A stretch of DNA of 64,000 bases from Nitrospirota bacterium. Lineage in GTDB: Bacteria; Nitrospirota; UBA9217. A program made the position numbers and the translations under genes. The DNA lies in contig CAVVUN010000015.1 in assembly GCA_963751455.1 (NCBI GenBank), positions 768,001 through 832,000 on the forward strand, in the 5' to 3' direction. A model generated the notes under the pieces. That model was given only the letters and a program-made list of their open reading frames with translations. It did no database searches and was not told the origin of the DNA. Positions 62,644 to 64,000 of the stretch are shown one piece after another; position 1 is the stretch's first letter; each line of letters starts with the position of its first letter.

Positions 62644-62719
62644 GGCGGTGTAGCTCAGCTGGTAGAGCAGGGGAATCATAATCCCTGTGTCCGGGGTTCG
62701 AGTCCCTGCACCGCCACCA
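62644..62719 (+). tRNA. tRNA-Met(CAT), elongator type
   Basis: GGCGGTG/CACCGCC acceptor stem; TAGCTCAG-TGG D arm; CAT anticodon; GTTCGAGTCC; encoded CCA; G1-C72 pair excludes initiator. Confidence 0.93.
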
Positions 62720-62767
62720 TTTCTTTTTTGTTTTCACGAAATAAGCTCTAATGAGCTCTGTTGAACG

Positions 62768-62799
62768 AAAGCCCCTGTAAAAGGGGCTTTTTCTTTTTG
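62768..62799 (+). terminator. Rho-independent terminator after the tRNA
   Basis: AAAGCCCCT-gtaaa-AGGGGCTTT followed by a T run. Confidence 0.75.
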
Positions 62800-62854
62800 T
62801 GTTCTTTTTGTAAATGGCCTTGACGGTCATTAACATTTATGTTAATATATACAC

Positions 62855-63181
62855 GTGCGGTGGATCGTAACCTATTATAACGAGCAAGTGCAGAAGGAAG
62901 TATTTTCCATGCCGCGCGGGATTCTTGCTCGATATCTTCGCTATGTAGAACTGATGGAAAAGCATGGCATTGATCTCCGTTCGCCGCATTCCGAACCAAT
63001 GGGCGGCGGTCTCTTTGAATTAAGACCAAAAGCACCAGAAGGCATCGGCCGTGTTTTTTATTGCACCGTGAAAGACTCGACTATCGTGATTCTTCATTCG
63101 TTCATTAAAAAGATCATGAAGACACCGAAGAGGGAACTCGAAGTAGCAAGGCAACGGCTGAAGGAGGTAAAGAATGAATAA
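62855..63181 (+). CDS. RelE/HigB-like (Gp49) toxin
   Basis: PHSEPMGGGLFELR, RVFY, LHSFIKK..KTP.RELEVA. Confidence 0.9.
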   Translation: MRWIVTYYNEQVQKEVFSMPRGILARYLRYVELMEKHGIDLRSPHSEPMGGGLFELRPKAPEGIGRVFYCTVKDSTIVILHSFIKKIMKTPKRELEVARQRLKEVKNE

Positions 63182-63488
63182 GCAGAATAAATACAAACCT
63201 GTTAAACATACAAAGGCGACGACCGCACGGCTTCTTGCCGGTGATCCCGAGCTTAAGAAATCCTACGATGAACTCGAGGATGAGTTTGCCGCCCTGGACG
63301 CTCTTTTATCTGCGCGTCGTGAGGCTGGATTAAGCCAGGCCGAGGTAGCTCGACGCATGAAAATCAAAGCCTCATCTCTCGCACGCATTGAGGCCTCTTT
63401 GGCAAGCCGGGAGCATTCGCCTTCGTTTGCGACGCTCCGAAGGTACGCAGCCGCCTGCGGTAGAAAGCTGGTTATTAAATTCGCCTAA
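63174..63488 (+). CDS. XRE/HigA-like HTH antitoxin
   Basis: ARREAGLSQAEVA.RM...ARIE...PSFATLRRYAAACG. Confidence 0.9.
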   Translation: MNKQNKYKPVKHTKATTARLLAGDPELKKSYDELEDEFAALDALLSARREAGLSQAEVARRMKIKASSLARIEASLASREHSPSFATLRRYAAACGRKLVIKFA

Positions 63489-63536
63489 GCCACCTCTAGC
63501 CCACAACTGACCGCGAAGTCATGCAGATCGTATGAG

Positions 63537-63700
63537 CCTGAAAAAAGCAGTTGGACACGGATAAAATCTGATCAACACGGATTTATAGGAAGTTACGAAC
63601 AGTAATGGATTCACCCAAAAGGCGAGATGGCTTTTTGCTCTATCACATTGTTTTGATCCGCTGTTTCCGTGTTCATCCGTGTTCAAATGCCGTTTTTAGG
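63537..63700 (-). mobile_element. MITE family 1, copy 3
   Basis: 164 bp; perfect 5-bp TSD ATGAG. Confidence 0.85.
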
Positions 63701-63813
63701 ATGAGAGCAGGCTTCGCGGATCTTCCGCCACATTAATCCCCATAATACGTGCATCCCGGACATCGCTATCCTACGTGTCCTTCCCCCATTATTCCATTTT
63801 ATAAAGGTGATCG

Positions 63814-64000
63814 ATGATATTAAAACTACAGATCGATACGAGTCAGTTAACATCCGCCATAGCTCAAGAAGTGCTGAACGGTATAAAACCATTTCTATTA
63901 CCGAAAGAAGAAGACGCGGATAGTGAACAAGGAAGCAGAGCGCCGGAAACCGGGTCAGGGGACGAGAATACATCTTTTCCGCAAGTGGGACTGCTGAGAA
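63814..64000 (+). CDS. Partial ORF, possibly an AlpA/excisionase-like regulator
   Basis: RBS AAGGTG; open to the window end: MILKLQIDTSQLTSAIAQEVLNGIKPFL...FPQVGLLR. Confidence 0.4.
   Translation, partial: MILKLQIDTSQLTSAIAQEVLNGIKPFLLPKEEDADSEQGSRAPETGSGDENTSFPQVGLLR

Noticed and set aside
62644-62719. Initiator tRNA-fMet or tRNA-Ile2
   Set aside because: The paired G1-C72 excludes initiator; the acceptor stem GGCGGTG resembles elongator Met more than Ile2, though Ile2 is not fully excluded.

Overview
Bacterial chromosomal window, about 50% GC. The gene content resembles a Nitrospirota or deltaproteobacterial environmental genome (inference only). Many genes carry single-base frameshifts, which is most simply explained by long-read assembly error. 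In order: (1) 0.1-11.6 kb, a copper and c-di-GMP accessory cluster with a Cu P1B-ATPase, two HD-GYP proteins, a GGDEF protein, a cytochrome c, secreted repeat proteins and a candidate sigma54-driven sRNA. (2) 12.6-14.4 kb, an ECF sigma / anti-sigma / periplasmic sensor trio. (3) 14.6-30.8 kb, an almost entirely minus-strand defence and toxin-antitoxin island: Zn-ribbon DNA methyltransferase plus PD-(D/E)xK nuclease, VapBC, AbiJ-HEPN, a Lamassu/ABC-3C system, a group II intron 5' remnant inside an attC-like site, an RNase H with an unexplained C-terminal domain in integron-cassette-like context, JAB/RadC proteins with Rpn-like tails, and decayed TA pairs. (4) 31-37 kb, a TolC-MacAB-type exporter that shares the ECF promoter motif of block 2. 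(5) 37-62.4 kb, envelope and housekeeping genes (DUF134/NifX/DsrE/ArsR, TamAB, PP2C, Pit, PlpD-like patatin, cysteine desulfurase, an M1-ChaN-PDZ pseudo-peptidase, a DksA-like protein). (6) tRNA-Met(CAT) followed by the start of a probable integrative element. Two MITE families with clear target-site duplications, and a wider family of 9-nt-periodic palindromes, occur throughout the intergenic space.
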